64,000 nucleotides of DNA from Lytechinus pictus (taxonomy: Eukaryota), in contig NC_087258.1 in NCBI RefSeq assembly GCF_037042905.1, forward strand, positions 27,590,001 through 27,654,000, in the 5' to 3' direction. Positions 10,735-24,026 of this stretch are shown here, piece after piece. Made by a program: the position numbers and the translations under genes. Within the stretch, counting starts at the first letter, position 1. The number at the start of each line of letters is the position of its first letter. The notes beneath the pieces were generated by a model. That model was not told where the DNA came from. It did no database searches and was given only the letters and a program-made list of their open reading frames with translations.

Positions 10735-12600
10735 AAACATGGCCCTGTGAAGCTGGGGGTGCTGAGCACCCGCAAGATTTTCCCAGGGGGTGCTGCGTGT
10801 ATTATTTTCCATAGGCAGCATCCCCTTGAATTTTGGAAGGCGTGTCACAAATGAGAAATGTATTTAAAATGAACAACATCTATCTTGTGCTGAAACCTTT
10901 ATTTTTCAGCTTGTCAATTTTTGGGGGGCACCAAAACGACCTTCATTTTCCAGTGAATTTTTTTCCTTGTCAAATTTACATAGGCGGATCCAGGGGGCCC
11001 GGGCCCCCTATTGGTGGAGCCCCAAAAAAAGGGGGTAAGGAAAAAGATAAAGAAGGGAAGAGAGAGGAGAAAAAAGAGAAGGAGAAAAAGAGGAGGAAGA
11101 CAAGTGAATGAAATAAGGTGGGGGGAAGACTTGGAATATAGATTTTTTTTTTTAATCGTTCATGTCTTTTCACTTGCGTTCGCATTGCATGTTTGATGAG
11201 ATACATTATGATTCTTGCTCGACAATAGTCCGATATGGAACTTAAAATATCAAGTTTTGAAGTCAATATGCAAAAAAATTCAGCTCCGACATCGACTTTT
11301 CATCATTTTGTTGATTTTCTAAAAGTGCTCTGTAAAATGTCCGTATTATTGTGTCTCAGTATCGACATTTTCAGATTTTTTCAAGTACCTGTTCTCTTCG
11401 TGTATTCCATAAAGTTCTCAAAATATCTTTTTTCAGGTTTCATTGTCAAAACCCATCAGCCAGCGCTACGTACTCCCATTTTGATTGGTGAGTAATGTAT
11501 ATCTCTATACTTACCTCTATAATAATGAGTAATTCTATAACAAACTACTTAAAATCCCCATTTCATGACATCTCGATTTGCGCTCGCATTAATTGTTAAT
11601 ATATAAACCAATCATCCTATTCATAATTACCAAAGTACTTAAAATGTCAATTTTTCAGGCCTTAATATCAAAATTAGGCTTATTAGATTGATATATAAAA
11701 TAACATTTTCATGAATTCGTAATGATTAAATTGTATTTTTTTCAGATTGAAATATCTCGCACTTAGGGAGAGAAATAGGAAGATAATCATCATTGTCATA
11801 TGATGAAAAAATGTCCTCAGAATGTCCCGGTCCTAGGTCAAAATAATAATTAAAAAAATATCAGCTTACGCTTCGCGCTCGCATCATTCATTAAGTGCGA
11901 TCCATAAAATCCACTTCACAATTTTCCAAAAAATTTGTTGAATTAGTACTTAAATTTACCCCTTTTCAGATCGGAATGTCAAATATTTCAGCTCGCGCTT
12001 CGCGCTCGTATTGATTTTTATGATAAAAAAAATATTTAGAATTCCCAAATAACTAGGTATAAATCTAAAACACACGCACGCATGTTTATTAAGAAAAGCA
12101 GCTTGTTCTTTATTTAAAACATGCTTAAATTGTCCAGTTTCAGATTAGAATGTCAACAATTTTCTGCTCGCGCTTCGCGCTCACATTATTAATGTATGAT
12201 ACCCAATTATCCATCCTTTTCAAGATTTTCAAAACATGAATAGAGTGACCCGATTTTAGGTCTGAATCTCAATTTTTTTTCCGCTCGCGCTCCGCGCTCG
12301 CATGGTTTAGTTATATACCTATCCGTACATAGTTACAAACTGTGCTTAGAATGTCAATTTTTATAGGTCGGAATGTCAAAATTTTCAGCTTGCGATTCGC
12401 GCTCGCTTTATTTGATTGTTGAAATAATATCGTCTCCATGGCTACCAGTCCTACAAACAGTCCTTAACAGGTCCCTATTCGATCAGTTACATACGCATCT
12501 TGTTCAAGATCACAAACATTGCCCAGAATGTTCAATTTCATGACTCAAAATGCATGAAATTTCCAAAAAAAAATAGCTCGCGCTCGCATTACGTATTATT
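10735..12600. repeat. Interspersed/tandem repeat with recurring GCTCGCGCTTCGCGCTCGCA units
   Basis: Motif recurs at ~11870, 11990, 12165, 12283, 12390 and 12575; similar units at 16080-16640. Confidence 0.6.
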
Positions 12601-13274
12601 TAAATATAGGGATTATGAGATTATTATGATGTATAAAAATGCATTTAGGAAGTCATGTCATGTATCGGAAGTTTGAGGAATAATAAATTGAATGAATTGA
12701 GACCGAAGTTCTTAGATTCACAATTTAAAACGCTATCATGACGAAACGATTATACATGCACTTGAACGATTACATCAGTGAATATTGCCAATAAAAAACC
12801 GCTTTAATTTTTTTTTTTCAGAGTGCTTGAAAGTAATCAAAATTTCGACTTTCATAACAACGCCAAAAGAGGCCGATCAAGAAGAGCTTTTCATCAACAT
12901 TAATTTTGGCATCAGAAAGGTTGTCAAATCTGACGACGTTCCGTCATGTGAGAAACATAATTGTTATAGGGATACATTGTTTTGTATCGTTGCCGTCAAA
13001 CGAAAACGACTTTGTCGGATAAAACATCAAGCATGCCCTTTCCTTGAAAGTTTTCCACAATGTAATACAATAAACTGGGAAAGTCAAGAAAAAAAAAATT
13101 ATTTTTTATTTGACTTACAAAAAGAGGCATATCAAAGGCAACTGAAATTATCAAACTGCCACCCACCCCCTCCCCCCCCCCCCCGATAAAATGATAATTA
13201 ATGGTAAGCCAAAAATATATAGTTTGTCAGGTTTTGTCACGATTTCAAAAGGCAATCTACGTTCCTTTTCCTTA

Positions 13275-13950
13275 TAACACTGTCTACTAAACTGGGTTCA
13301 AAAGAAACTTATCAAACTTCCCAAGCGCACTACACAAATTCCACTAAAGTCAAAATGAACAAAATTCTGACACAGGCTAGCTTCAATAATCTTTACTAAG
13401 CACATGTCAATAATTAAGAGATTGGTTTAAAAACAAAGAGGCTGTAGCCCTTCAAATCAATTGTTCCAGAATCCAAAATCACAAAAGTCTCAGTTTCAGT
13501 CTCAACCAAATGGTAATTCTTTGCTTGACTGCATGCTATTGACATGATTGAATCAATTCATGCATTTTTACCTCAATAGGTGTGTTTAAAATATTAATAA
13601 AATGTTAATTTTAACTTCCTGTAACTTTTTAGTTATTGAGGCAATCAATTAAACATGACGATGGTCATACTGTGAACTTTCATAAACTGGTAAGTTTGTT
13701 TAAAATCATCTCATTTTCATTGGTCTTTCTTTTGCCATTTTGTGACTTTGGAGTCCGGAACCAATTGATTTTAGGGGCTACAGCCTCTTTGTTATTAAAC
13801 CAATATTTAATTATTGACATGTGCTTAGTAAAGATTATTGAAGCTTGCCTGTGTCAAAATTTTGTTCATTTTGACTTTAGTGGAATTTGTGTCGTTCGCT
13901 TGAAGTTTGATCAGTTTCTTTTAGAACCCATGCAGTTTATATACACTGTA
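13275..13950. mobile_element. Non-autonomous DNA transposon with ~200-bp inverted arms (Tc1/mariner-like CACTGTA end)
   Basis: 13290-13487 is the reverse complement of ~13738-13930 (e.g. ACACAAATTCCACTAAAGTCAAAATGAACAAAATT / AATTTTGTTCATTTTGACTTTAGTGGAATTTGTGT). Confidence 0.8.
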
Positions 13951-14194
13951 TATGAGGCATTCGATTGGGGGATGACTCAAATTAACCTGGCTCGCGACGC
14001 CTCTTCATGAAATGGAATCCCACTCCCTCTCAAACTCCATTCTCACCATCCCAAATAACAACAATAATAAACAAAATAATGATTAGAGAGATAAGTTAGA
14101 AAGAAAATATCGTTTTAGATCGACTGGACGATTAAAAATGCGTAAGCTAGCAAGGTCAAGTTCAATGGTGCACCTTTATATTGTGTAGTGCAAT

Positions 14195-14905
14195 AATGGG
14201 TCAACGCTGACGTGACATCACAATGACATCTGCGCAGATTGAAAACTTTTATCCAATCGGGTCGCGGTAACCAAGTGAGTGATGTAGGCGCACCTGTTTG
14301 TTTACTTCTGCGTGATATAAAGCTGTTTGTTTACTTCTGCCTTATAAAGCTTCGCATACGGACGTACTTAAACCTATATCGGCCTAGGCCTATATTAATG
14401 GAACTTAACTCACACTTATTATCATACGTCTATTCGGAAAGAGGGTCAACATCGTTTTTATGAGGTAAATGAGAAACCTTGTATACCATTGCTATTTCTA
14501 TTCATAGTGATCGCCAATATACTTTCATCTCAAGTATGCTCTATCAGAAGTTGGTATCTGTTTTTAGCTGCAAGCCAGTAGAAATGAAAAACACTTGCAT
14601 TGTCGTCTAAAAATTGCTGATTGTATAATTTCTCTGGAATTGGACAACGCATTGAAATTTACTTTAACAAAATTTAAGTAGTCTTTTTCTAATAGCTTTA
14701 ATAAATTAAGTCGAACCTCGATGATCTATTAACGCTTTGTTTTATAAAACAACTTGAAGTTAAGATCTGTCTGATATTTCCTGATAATTAAGTTGCTCCT
14801 CTATATAATCCATGAAAAATATTCAGCGGTGAATCAATCAAGAATTTAACAAACAAAAGATAGAGAAACGATTTTATCAATGTATTTTGAAGAGGTCGCT
14901 CCTCT
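14195..14905 (+). promoter_or_regulatory. Promoter-like module, copy B
   Basis: Near-identical core CTGACGTGACATCACAATGACATCTGCGCAGA.TGAAAACTTTTATCCAATCGGGTCGCGGTAACCAAG; tandem TGTTTGTTTACTTCTGC..TATAAAGC twice (14295-14350); homology to copy A runs to GGTCGCTCCTCT. Confidence 0.45.
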
Positions 14906-17550
14906 GCTCTTGATCTAGTTAATTACGGGAACTTGTGTTCTTTTTAATGAACACATTCATATCTATATCAAAATAAATACTTTTAGTATTTTCATACTGA
15001 TCATATCGGGTGTAAAATTGCAATGAAAAGAATAATTACCACCTAATGGTCTGTGCAAATCTAAAATACTTTAGTTCCATTACACTTTCTGGTCTTCATT
15101 TATCAGTCTTTTGATCTACACAACCCTCTGTACAATAACAAACAGTTAAACATCCCCCCCCCCATGTTTGCAATTCACATAAAAGTGTACCCCCCTCGAC
15201 ATTAAAAAGGCGAAGCCATGGCCGTACGCAAAATGAAACATTTCTGCTGGGGGGGGGGCAGGAGGCATAATCTTTTTAGATAAATATCGGAAGCGAGGGA
15301 GCAAAGCAACCGAGCTTGTCATTGGGGCGCCTTTGCATTTTGTCATATGAAATTAAAGGTTTTCATGCATAATTTTTGTGAATTTGGGAAAATCTGCAGT
15401 GAAAAAATTTAAATTTTCAAAATTTCTGTGTCGCAAAGATCTGCCGTTCTGCCCCCGATGCATACGACAATAGGCAGAACAATGTTCATTATTTTCTTCA
15501 ACAGCTCTGACTCTCGAACTCTGGCGTTAAAGAGCTCAGATCAACTTGGAATATGTTAAGCAGGTGGATCTTTCCAAAGTTAGATTTCTTTGTTTCAACA
15601 GTTTGATGTCTTCTAAGTTCTACTTAATATTTCTTATAATCTATTTCTTCAGGAACGTCAGTATTTGATAAATAAAAAAAAAAAAATTCTTAGGCCATGT
15701 CAACTTTTTCCAATTGCGAATTTTGTCTAAGGCTAACAGAGAGTTTTAGAGGAAAAATAAAAGGTTTTTTGTTTCATTTAATTTCTAGTACCAATATCCT
15801 CCTAAAATTCTACAGAATGACTTGTAATCTATAAGAATTTTCTACAAAAATAGTTATATCATCAGTATATAATTTTGTTAAACTGCCGTTTCACCACGCA
15901 AATATCGAATACAGTACCCTTTACTTAATTACGAATGCAATGCGTTATAGACATTGTAATGTATAAATTAACTAAAAAGGGGAATTTGGAGAGAGGGGAT
16001 CCCCACTTGTCTTAGCTCCTGCTAAAGATTTTAGGACCAGTCGTCTCGAATTCGGAGGTCGGCCCTAACATAATATTATTGTGAGCGCGAAGAATTTGCT
16101 TATAATGTCCCTTAATTGTTAGGTCTGAATACCAAAAAATTTCAGCTCGCGCTTCGCGCTCGCATTATTTGATCAGTGAGATACATATTCGTTTAATGGC
16201 ACTGTCCTTAAAATGCCTCTATTAGGTCAGTATACTTAGCAACTGAGCGCGCTTCGCTCAATAAGCAATAAGTGACTCAAAATTTTTGCTGGTGCCCCCC
16301 AATCCCCCCAATGCCGTGACCCACGGTAGGTCTACGCCACTGGAGATATGTACTCACCAAACAAAATGCGAGCGCGCAGCACTAGCTGATAGGCCTCCCC
16401 TTTTGACAATCACGTCTGAAAAGGGATATTTTGAGAACTGTATGGAATTCACAAATGAGACAATAGGAATTTGGCAAAACAAATAATGCGACCCCGCAGC
16501 GTACTTGAGCTAAAAATTTTAAATATATTGACTTCAAAACTTGGATATTTTAAGCTCCATATTATTGGCCTATTGAGTAAAATATGAATATCACCGAACA
16601 ACAGACAATGAGATAGCGAAGAGCGAGCGAAAATATATAGCACGGTTTTATTTTTGCAACTCCTTCCCTCACCATGCCATGGACCTACGTGTAATACGTA
16701 TAGACAGTAGCGGAGTATATAGTAGGTCCCTCACTTATAATTATTCACTCGTCTTCCTTCTTCAATTCAACTTCAATATATTTATTCAACCATCATCAAG
16801 TTAAACAATTACATAAATACATACCAATATTGATAATTATACAAGTACTAAATATACTATAGAATGATGGTTTGTGACCCCGGAGAAAGCAGAGCTTATA
16901 TAAAGGGGCCACCGAGTTAAGGTTAAAAATGTACATTGAAAATATTTGAATGATATGATATAGTACCGATGCAACAGCGGAAAAAATTCTCTTTCCCCTT
17001 CTTTTTCTTTATTCTTTCTTTCATTTTCCCTTTTTCTATTTCCCTTTTTTTTTGCTCTGCCAGTTTTTGTTCAGGGGGGGGGGCATGGGTACGTGCCCCC
17101 CCCCCCCCCACCCCCGCACCTCGAATCATCAAGCTGCAGTGCGCGCGGTGTCGAGACGTACGTACGTGTATAGACATATAACAGTACTAGTATACATCTC
17201 TATGGTTAGTTATGAAGTTCTGCTTTTTCTGGTAAGTGAAACTTTTTTTGTTTTTTATGCTTCACAGCCAATTGTACTATTCGTAGAGTATGATAATTAA
17301 AATAAAGAAAAAATATGAAGGAATAGGGTCGATAAAGTGACACGCACATGTGTGTATGCGCAGCGATTATGTTGACATTGTAATAATCTTTGTATTTGTA
17401 CTGTCGTGGGCGTGGCAAATTCTAATGCACGAATGAAGAGGGTGATATCACAATTCCTTGATATTTGTGTTCGAGAAGCACATGAGTGAAATCTCTAGCT
17501 TACTTGTACGGCTTGTCGATCGTGGGGGATGGGAGGGATGGATCTGAGTA

Positions 17551-20546
17551 TGGCAGTGTATCCTATTGCCGGACACCTTTATTTCAGTGCTTTAAAAATG
17601 ACAACTAGAGGAAATAAAATCAAGAAAAATTTGCACTTGCTATTCCAAATATTATGAAAATTATTAATATGATAAAATTATTTTATATTTACCAACCATT
17701 TTCTTTGCATCGCACTTGCCGCATACCCCTCCACGAAAAACAATTATTTTCGTGCGCGACAAATTACATCATGATTCCGGACGCGCGCCGGACGGGTAAA
17801 GATATCCTTGATTATAATGATGTAAGAATAAATTTCTTTGATTTTTTTCTTCTTATATCATATCATGAATAAATTCTAACTTTTTGTTTGCTTTTTTTAT
17901 ATCGAATCTGAGCAGATGTTGGTAATAAATTCGTGTTTGATAACTTAATTTATTTTTTATTTTTTGGTTAGCTGCATGTTTCATGGCACTTTCCAGTGCT
18001 TGTTCGTATCGTGACGCTCATCAAGTTCTATCGATGCGCAGCCGATCGTCGACGGCTCTATTCACGGTAAACCTCGTGCACGGTACCTTGAGAACTAGCC
18101 GTCGACGATCACCCACAATACACCTCACCTCATCATTCGATCGAAGGAGCCGACGAGACTGAAATTTGGCAAATCAGGCCCATATTTCCGTTAGAAAATA
18201 TATAAATTCATTCAATTGTTAATGCAAAACTATGTTATATTATATTTTAAGCATTTTCTGTCATTTTAGAGATAAATAAGGTAGAAAATTTATTTTTTCG
18301 CCTTGTTTTTGCAATCTTGTTCTATGTATTGCTTTGTGAAATTGAATTGCGAAAGTCTTGAGGTACGAAATTGTTTTCAAACGCAGTAATATGCGCGTCC
18401 GGAATCACAATAGTGTCCGGTAATACAATACGTGACTATACCCGTTGTTCTGAGACTTGAGTGAGTGTTCATGTCCAGACAGGTTATGAAAGATTGAAAG
18501 GTCTTCCCTGACAAGACAGTGATTTCATGACATGATTTTTTGCTTGCAATTTGTTGCATTGCAATATTTTATAAGACATATTATTATTAAGACAAGTTGT
18601 GTGGGAGAAATGCATGTCATATATACCCAGTTGTTGTGTGTCCGGACAGGTTGTGTGTCCGGACGATCAATTTTAGAAAGTCATTTGGAAAAATTTGAAA
18701 GCGAAGTTTCATAAATTTTTAGTACAAATGTTAGGAAATATTATAAAGAACAAAATAGAAGATGATTACAAGTATTGAATTCATATTTTTAGTGTAATCC
18801 AAAGACAAAAAGAAGGCTTCAAAAATATAAAGTGTCCGGACACCCGACCCCCCATCCTACTGATAATTGTCACTTATTATGATTCCGGACGCGGATATTA
18901 CTAGCCAGGCGGCTTCTAGAGAGTAAAAATCATTTACTAACGTAAGGTTACTCTTATACGAAGCCAAGACTTCTACCTCATAGACCCACACAAAGGAAGC
19001 CAAAACCTGAAACTTTCACCCCCGAGTAGGGTGTCTGGAGAAAAAAAATATTTTTCTTATTTCAAGAAAATATCACATTTTTTTTTGTGAATTTGAAGAG
19101 AAATGACCTTCAGACTGACAAAAATGTAACATTTTTGAAAAAAATCCAATTATTGGCTGCAAAAAAGAAGAATGAAATTAGGTAAATTTTCAGCATTTCT
19201 CTGCCATAGACTGTGTAGTTAAGAAATGGACACACACAAATCCAAATTTTTAGCTTCCGAGAGCTGTTATAAATTCATTATTAATGCCAAAAACTTGTCC
19301 ATAAAGAGTCCAATAGGATTTTTTATGCTCTTTCTGATGGTATGATTTTTATGAAGATTTGGAAACCAGATCACAATGAAAAATTGCGACAAAGTGAAAA
19401 AATTGTGCAAAACAGAAAATTTAATTTCCCATAGAAAACGCATGGGGAAATGGCAATCTCAACACACACAAAAATAAGGGTTTGCAATTCATCTCTAAAT
19501 CCTTATTTAAAATGATCATATAAACTTGTCCTTACTGTCAAAAGAAGCCCCTGAATTTTCTCTTTCCATACATGCTAAACAAAAGTTAATAATCAATTCA
19601 GATCACATTTTTCTAGTAGCCTGAACTTCCCGAAAAAAATGTGCCATATTTTCCCCTAAATCAGACACCCTAGTTATATACTAATATAGACTATAGACCG
19701 TCACGTATTGTATTACAGGACGTATTATGATTCCGGACGCGGATATTACTGCGTACGAAAACAATTTCATACCGCAAGACTTCCGTAGTTCAATTTCACA
19801 GAGCAACACATAGAACAAGATTGCAAAAACAAGGCGAAAAAATCCAACTTTTACCTTATTTATCTTTTAAATGACAGAAAATGCTTAAAATATAATATAA
19901 CATAGTTTTGCATTAACAATTGATATATTTTCTGACGGAAATATGGGCCTGATTTGCCAAATTTCAATCTCATCTGCTCCTTCGATCGAATGTTGAGGTG
20001 TAACGTTAGTGATTGTGGGTGATCATCAACGGCGGGCTAGTTCTCAAGGTACCCGTGCGCGAGGTTTATCGTGATTAGAGCTGTCGACGATCGACAGCGC
20101 ATCGATAGATATGAGGGTCACGATACGAACGAGCATAATATTGGAAAGTGTCATGGAACATGCAGTAAAAATTAACAAAAAATAAAATTAGTTAGCAAAC
20201 ACAAATTTATTACCAACATCTGCTCAGATTCGATATAAAAAAAGCAAACAAAAACTTAAAATTTACTCATGTGATATATGAAGAAAAAATCACACAAATT
20301 CTTTCTTGCATCATTATAATCAAGAATATCTTTACCCGTCCGGAATCATGATGTAATTTTGTCGCGCACGAAATTATTTTTTTTCCTGGAGGGGTATGCG
20401 CCAAGTGCGATGCAAAGAAAACGGTTGGTAAATATCAAATAATTTTATTTGGAATAGCAAGTGCGAATTTTTCTTGATTGTATTTCCTCTAGTTGTCAGT
20501 TTTAAAGCACTAAAATAAAGGTGTCCGGCAATAGGATGCACTGCCA
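17551..20546. mobile_element. Foldback-type non-autonomous DNA transposon with ~900-bp inverted arms and TA flanks
   Basis: TA|TGGCAGTGTATCCTATTGCCGGACACC ... GGTGTCCGGCAATAGGATGCACTGCCA|TA; arm 17551-~18440 is the reverse complement of ~19690-20546. Confidence 0.85.
19027..19672. mobile_element. MITE nested in the foldback spacer
   Basis: TIR TAGGGTGTCTG ... CAGACACCCTA. Confidence 0.6.
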
Positions 20547-20621
20547 TACAATAATTGATACCTACCATTACAAACAACATGAATTGTGACTTTTTATGCA
20601 TGAACTTTGTTAGCAGATTGT

Positions 20622-21061
20622 CAGTAGAGACTTACGGTGCCGGTCCAAAAATTGGGATTGTCCCAGAAAAGGATATCCTCATAAACCAAGACAAATCATG
20701 TATTGATTGGTAGATGAGTGTTATCTAGCTCTTCATTGACTCCAAACTCAGAAGTACTTAAATAAATATAAAGTTCAAATAATATTTATTAAGGTTTGTT
20801 GGTGATGCACACAAACATATACCGGTATTATACATGTAAACAAACAGTTGCTTGGTGGGAACTCAGGCACTCCCCTATCAAGGCCTCAAAGGGCAGGAGC
20901 GCAAGCTTGTGAAGTTGTCATCCGAAGACTAAGAAAGAACCAAGAGAATATCAAGCCTTTCCTAATTTATACTCTGAGGGGAGGTGTTTACCCCTTTGGA
21001 CTAATCTATTTAAACTCTACATGAGTAGACGACTACTGACCGGCACCTCTAGGCTCTACTG
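20622..21061. mobile_element. MITE with CAGTAGAG termini
   Basis: CAGTAGAGACTTACGGTGCCGGTC / GACCGGCACCTCTAGGCTCTACTG form an imperfect TIR. Confidence 0.65.
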
Positions 21062-21241
21062 ATCGTTACATGTAGTAGATCTCTGAACACTTTAGGTCAG
21101 ACACAATAGGTTCTTAAAACTCATCAAACTGCCACCATGAATACATACATAAATACCTACAAAAAAATAAAATAAAGATGTAAACTTTCTGCCGTGATCA
21201 GTTTTATTTTTTACAATATCATTTTCTGATCTCAGTTATTT

Positions 21242-21326
21242 GGGCAGCGTAGCTCAGTCGGTCAGAGCGCATGTTTCTGATAGGATAAAAAATCTCAACG
21301 TGAGGGGTTTGAGTCCCGCTCGAAAC
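21242..21326 (+). pseudogene. tRNA-derived sequence (tRNA pseudogene or SINE head)
   Basis: A-box TAGCTCAGTCGG and degenerate B-box GGTTTGAGTCC; extended A-B spacing, no clean acceptor stem or anticodon arm. Confidence 0.5.
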
Positions 21327-21467
21327 ACGTGTAACAAAAAATCTGATGATATAGCATTGTGTGTAAGCATGCCTCACTATTCAGATAAGAAACACAAGAC
21401 AGTTTACACACCCCTCTTCACATTTGAAATATTTTTGTCACCTGAATTGAAAATGGTATTGCATTTT

Positions 21468-21948
21468 AGGCCCTATGTCTGTGCACCTACATCTAGGCTT
21501 TATGTAATTACTAGTATTTGATTTAAGATTTAATGTTAAATTTCTTTTTATTTCACAAACTTTTTAGTTGATAATGTTCCTTAAATTCTTATGAGCTCAG
21601 ACTACATTGTCCATGCAAGTGTGCCAAAAATCTCATAAAAATTTGAAAGAAATATATGATTTTCTTAGAAAAAACCCCGGCCAGTCATTTTCAGTTTGGA
21701 CAAAAAAATGGTGCCCCATGTCTGCACACCCTTTTGCTTTTTACACGATTCAGGGATTTTGATGAAAAAGGCTGCATTTTGAGGCCGTCACATGAAATGC
21801 CTGAAATTCATTGTTTTTCCATTATTTTGAGTCAGACTTTTTAATGAATACCTTTCTATGTATTGCATCTGTAAAGTTTGTGGTCATTGCGTATCTTCTC
21901 TAATACTAGAATTGTGCAGATACGTGTGTGCGCAGACATGAGGGACCT
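21468..21948. mobile_element. MITE
   Basis: AGGCCCTATGTCTGTGCAC / GTGCGCAGACATGAGGGACCT form an imperfect TIR. Confidence 0.6.
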
Positions 21949-22775
21949 TACCATACCTCAGCGGTGTTTTCTGTTGGAAAACTTTGAAAATGAAATCGCT
22001 GATCTGCTATTTTGACCATATTTTGGTTATTTTGAGAAAATAAAGATTTTGAAAACTTAAAGCATATTGAAATTGTTTTTTGATGCATTATTGTGTGCAT
22101 TACAGGCCAACAACAACAAGAGGCTGGTTGGTAATAAAATCACTCACTATAACTGTTACATGTAGAACCCATAAAGTTGTTAGGGTGTAGAATTTAACTT
22201 GGAAGTGGGAGTTTTAACCTTGTCGTTAGTCTTTTTTGAGCTATGGGTAGTAAAGACCTAATTATAGCTAACCTCGCCCCTTATCAACCACCTAATTTTC
22301 TTAGCATCGTATCTGTGAATATATTCATTGGTGCCACCAGCCACCACTGCTGCCACCAGTTTGTAGAGTGGCCGAATGTTCAAAGATACACCTTACAAAA
22401 AACAGTTGTAAACAAGCAAACTCATATCAAACAGCCAGAAGCACCAAATAAGAAGAACCTAAAATGTCGATAAAATGAAGTCCAGTGATGCTCTGATTTA
22501 TTGGCCTGAAATCCATACCTCACGAGGCATTGCCTTTATAAATAATATATTAAACAATGGTGTGACATGATCAACTCAACCAATAGAGAAACAGAGAATG
22601 GAAGAACCCAGAAAAGTAGAAGAAAATAGGGTGAAAGGTGAATCAATGAGGATGAGATAGGATGATATGAATGAAGAAGTACATGTATGTTTGAATATAA
22701 ATGAGAAAATGACAATAGAAACATGTGGAGCTGCATGGAGTTGAAATGGTAAATGGAATGATGTGATGTAGAAAC

Positions 22776-22940
22776 TAATACCTCGGTCACATTTGCTCTA
22801 CGGCGAGTCAAAAACAGCAGTTTTATTCATTTTTATTCAAACCACCTATGTATACATGTAGCTGCTATACAAAAAATGTTAAAACGGCTGTTTTTGACTC
22901 GCCATACGGCCGCCGTAGAGTAAATGTGACTGAGGTATTA
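22776..22940. mobile_element. Short palindromic MITE
   Basis: TAATACCTCGGTCACATTTGCTCTACGGCG / CGCCGTAGAGTAAATGTGACTGAGGTATTA. Confidence 0.75.
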
Positions 22941-23219
22941 GGAATGAGAGAAACAGGTGTGTGACAATGGCATAGAAATGGGAAGTGAAGAGAACTATGG
23001 AAAGCAAAGTGTAAAACAAACGATTAGATTAATCTGGCAAAATTCAACCCTTACAATTGGTTTACCCAATTTTCTTATGTGTACAAAATGCAGCAGATTA
23101 GAACCCCATTTCCTATGTTTACGTATATCAATGACTGGAACCCTATGCGTGTAGATATTGGCAACCATCGAATGGGATGATTTCTATTGTAAAATTTGCA
23201 CCCTCTTTTTTGACAAATT

Positions 23220-23376
23220 TTACAGCCAATTCTCGTCACACTAGCTAAATATTCAGACTCTTCCAAACCAGTGCTATAATGTCATGGTGCTGGCCGATTG
23301 TCTCGCGACTCGCTTTACGAGTTCCAGCACATGAACTGGCAATTAACAGTTCTAATTATCAGATTTCCTGGTATGC
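23220..23376 (+). promoter_or_regulatory. Candidate promoter and non-coding first exon upstream of paralog 3
   Basis: CCAAT ~23226, CpG cluster with TCTCGCGA at 23301, donor-like CTG|GTATGC at 23371; the next acceptor, at 23985, precedes the paralog 3 ATG. Confidence 0.35.
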
Positions 23377-24026
23377 ACAGCTGTTTTGAATTGGGGTTCA
23401 ATTGGGTTCTATAAAATCTTGATAAATTTTATGAATTTTCAACCTCTTTTCACCTTATTAAGTTGTTTTCAAAGTCAGCTATAAAGCAAGGTGACTACTT
23501 TGTCAATCTGCAAAGTACATGTAGGTATACAGTGTAGCTGGGATGGATTGAAGTGGCCAAAATCAGCATACTGTAATTCACTTCATGCTGACTCGTACCA
23601 TCTTTGGTGTTTTTATTTTTATTTGTGAATAATTTTTTTTGTTACTATTTAGAAGTGAAAGAGAACACTTCCGATTAAAGTCAGGTATATATCAAGATTT
23701 GTGTGCTATGCTACCTTATAGCCTACTGGTACACATGTGCCATGTTTACAGTCTTAAGTTATAGGGAGTGCTCTTTCACTCAAATTCTTTTAACACCAAA
23801 ATATACCTCCTTTGATATAGGTTCTGCACACAGGTTCAAGACAAAGACCAAAACAAGATACTGAATTTTTCACCATCCACATTAATTCAACGTTCAGTTT
23901 AGGCCTATGTTTACATGTAGACAATATTTTTTTGCGTGTCATTAAAAAAAACAATAAAGGCTTGATTTTCCATCTGTTTCCTCAGATAATGGACACACTG
24001 GTTTAATACTATTCCCATCTCTTAAA

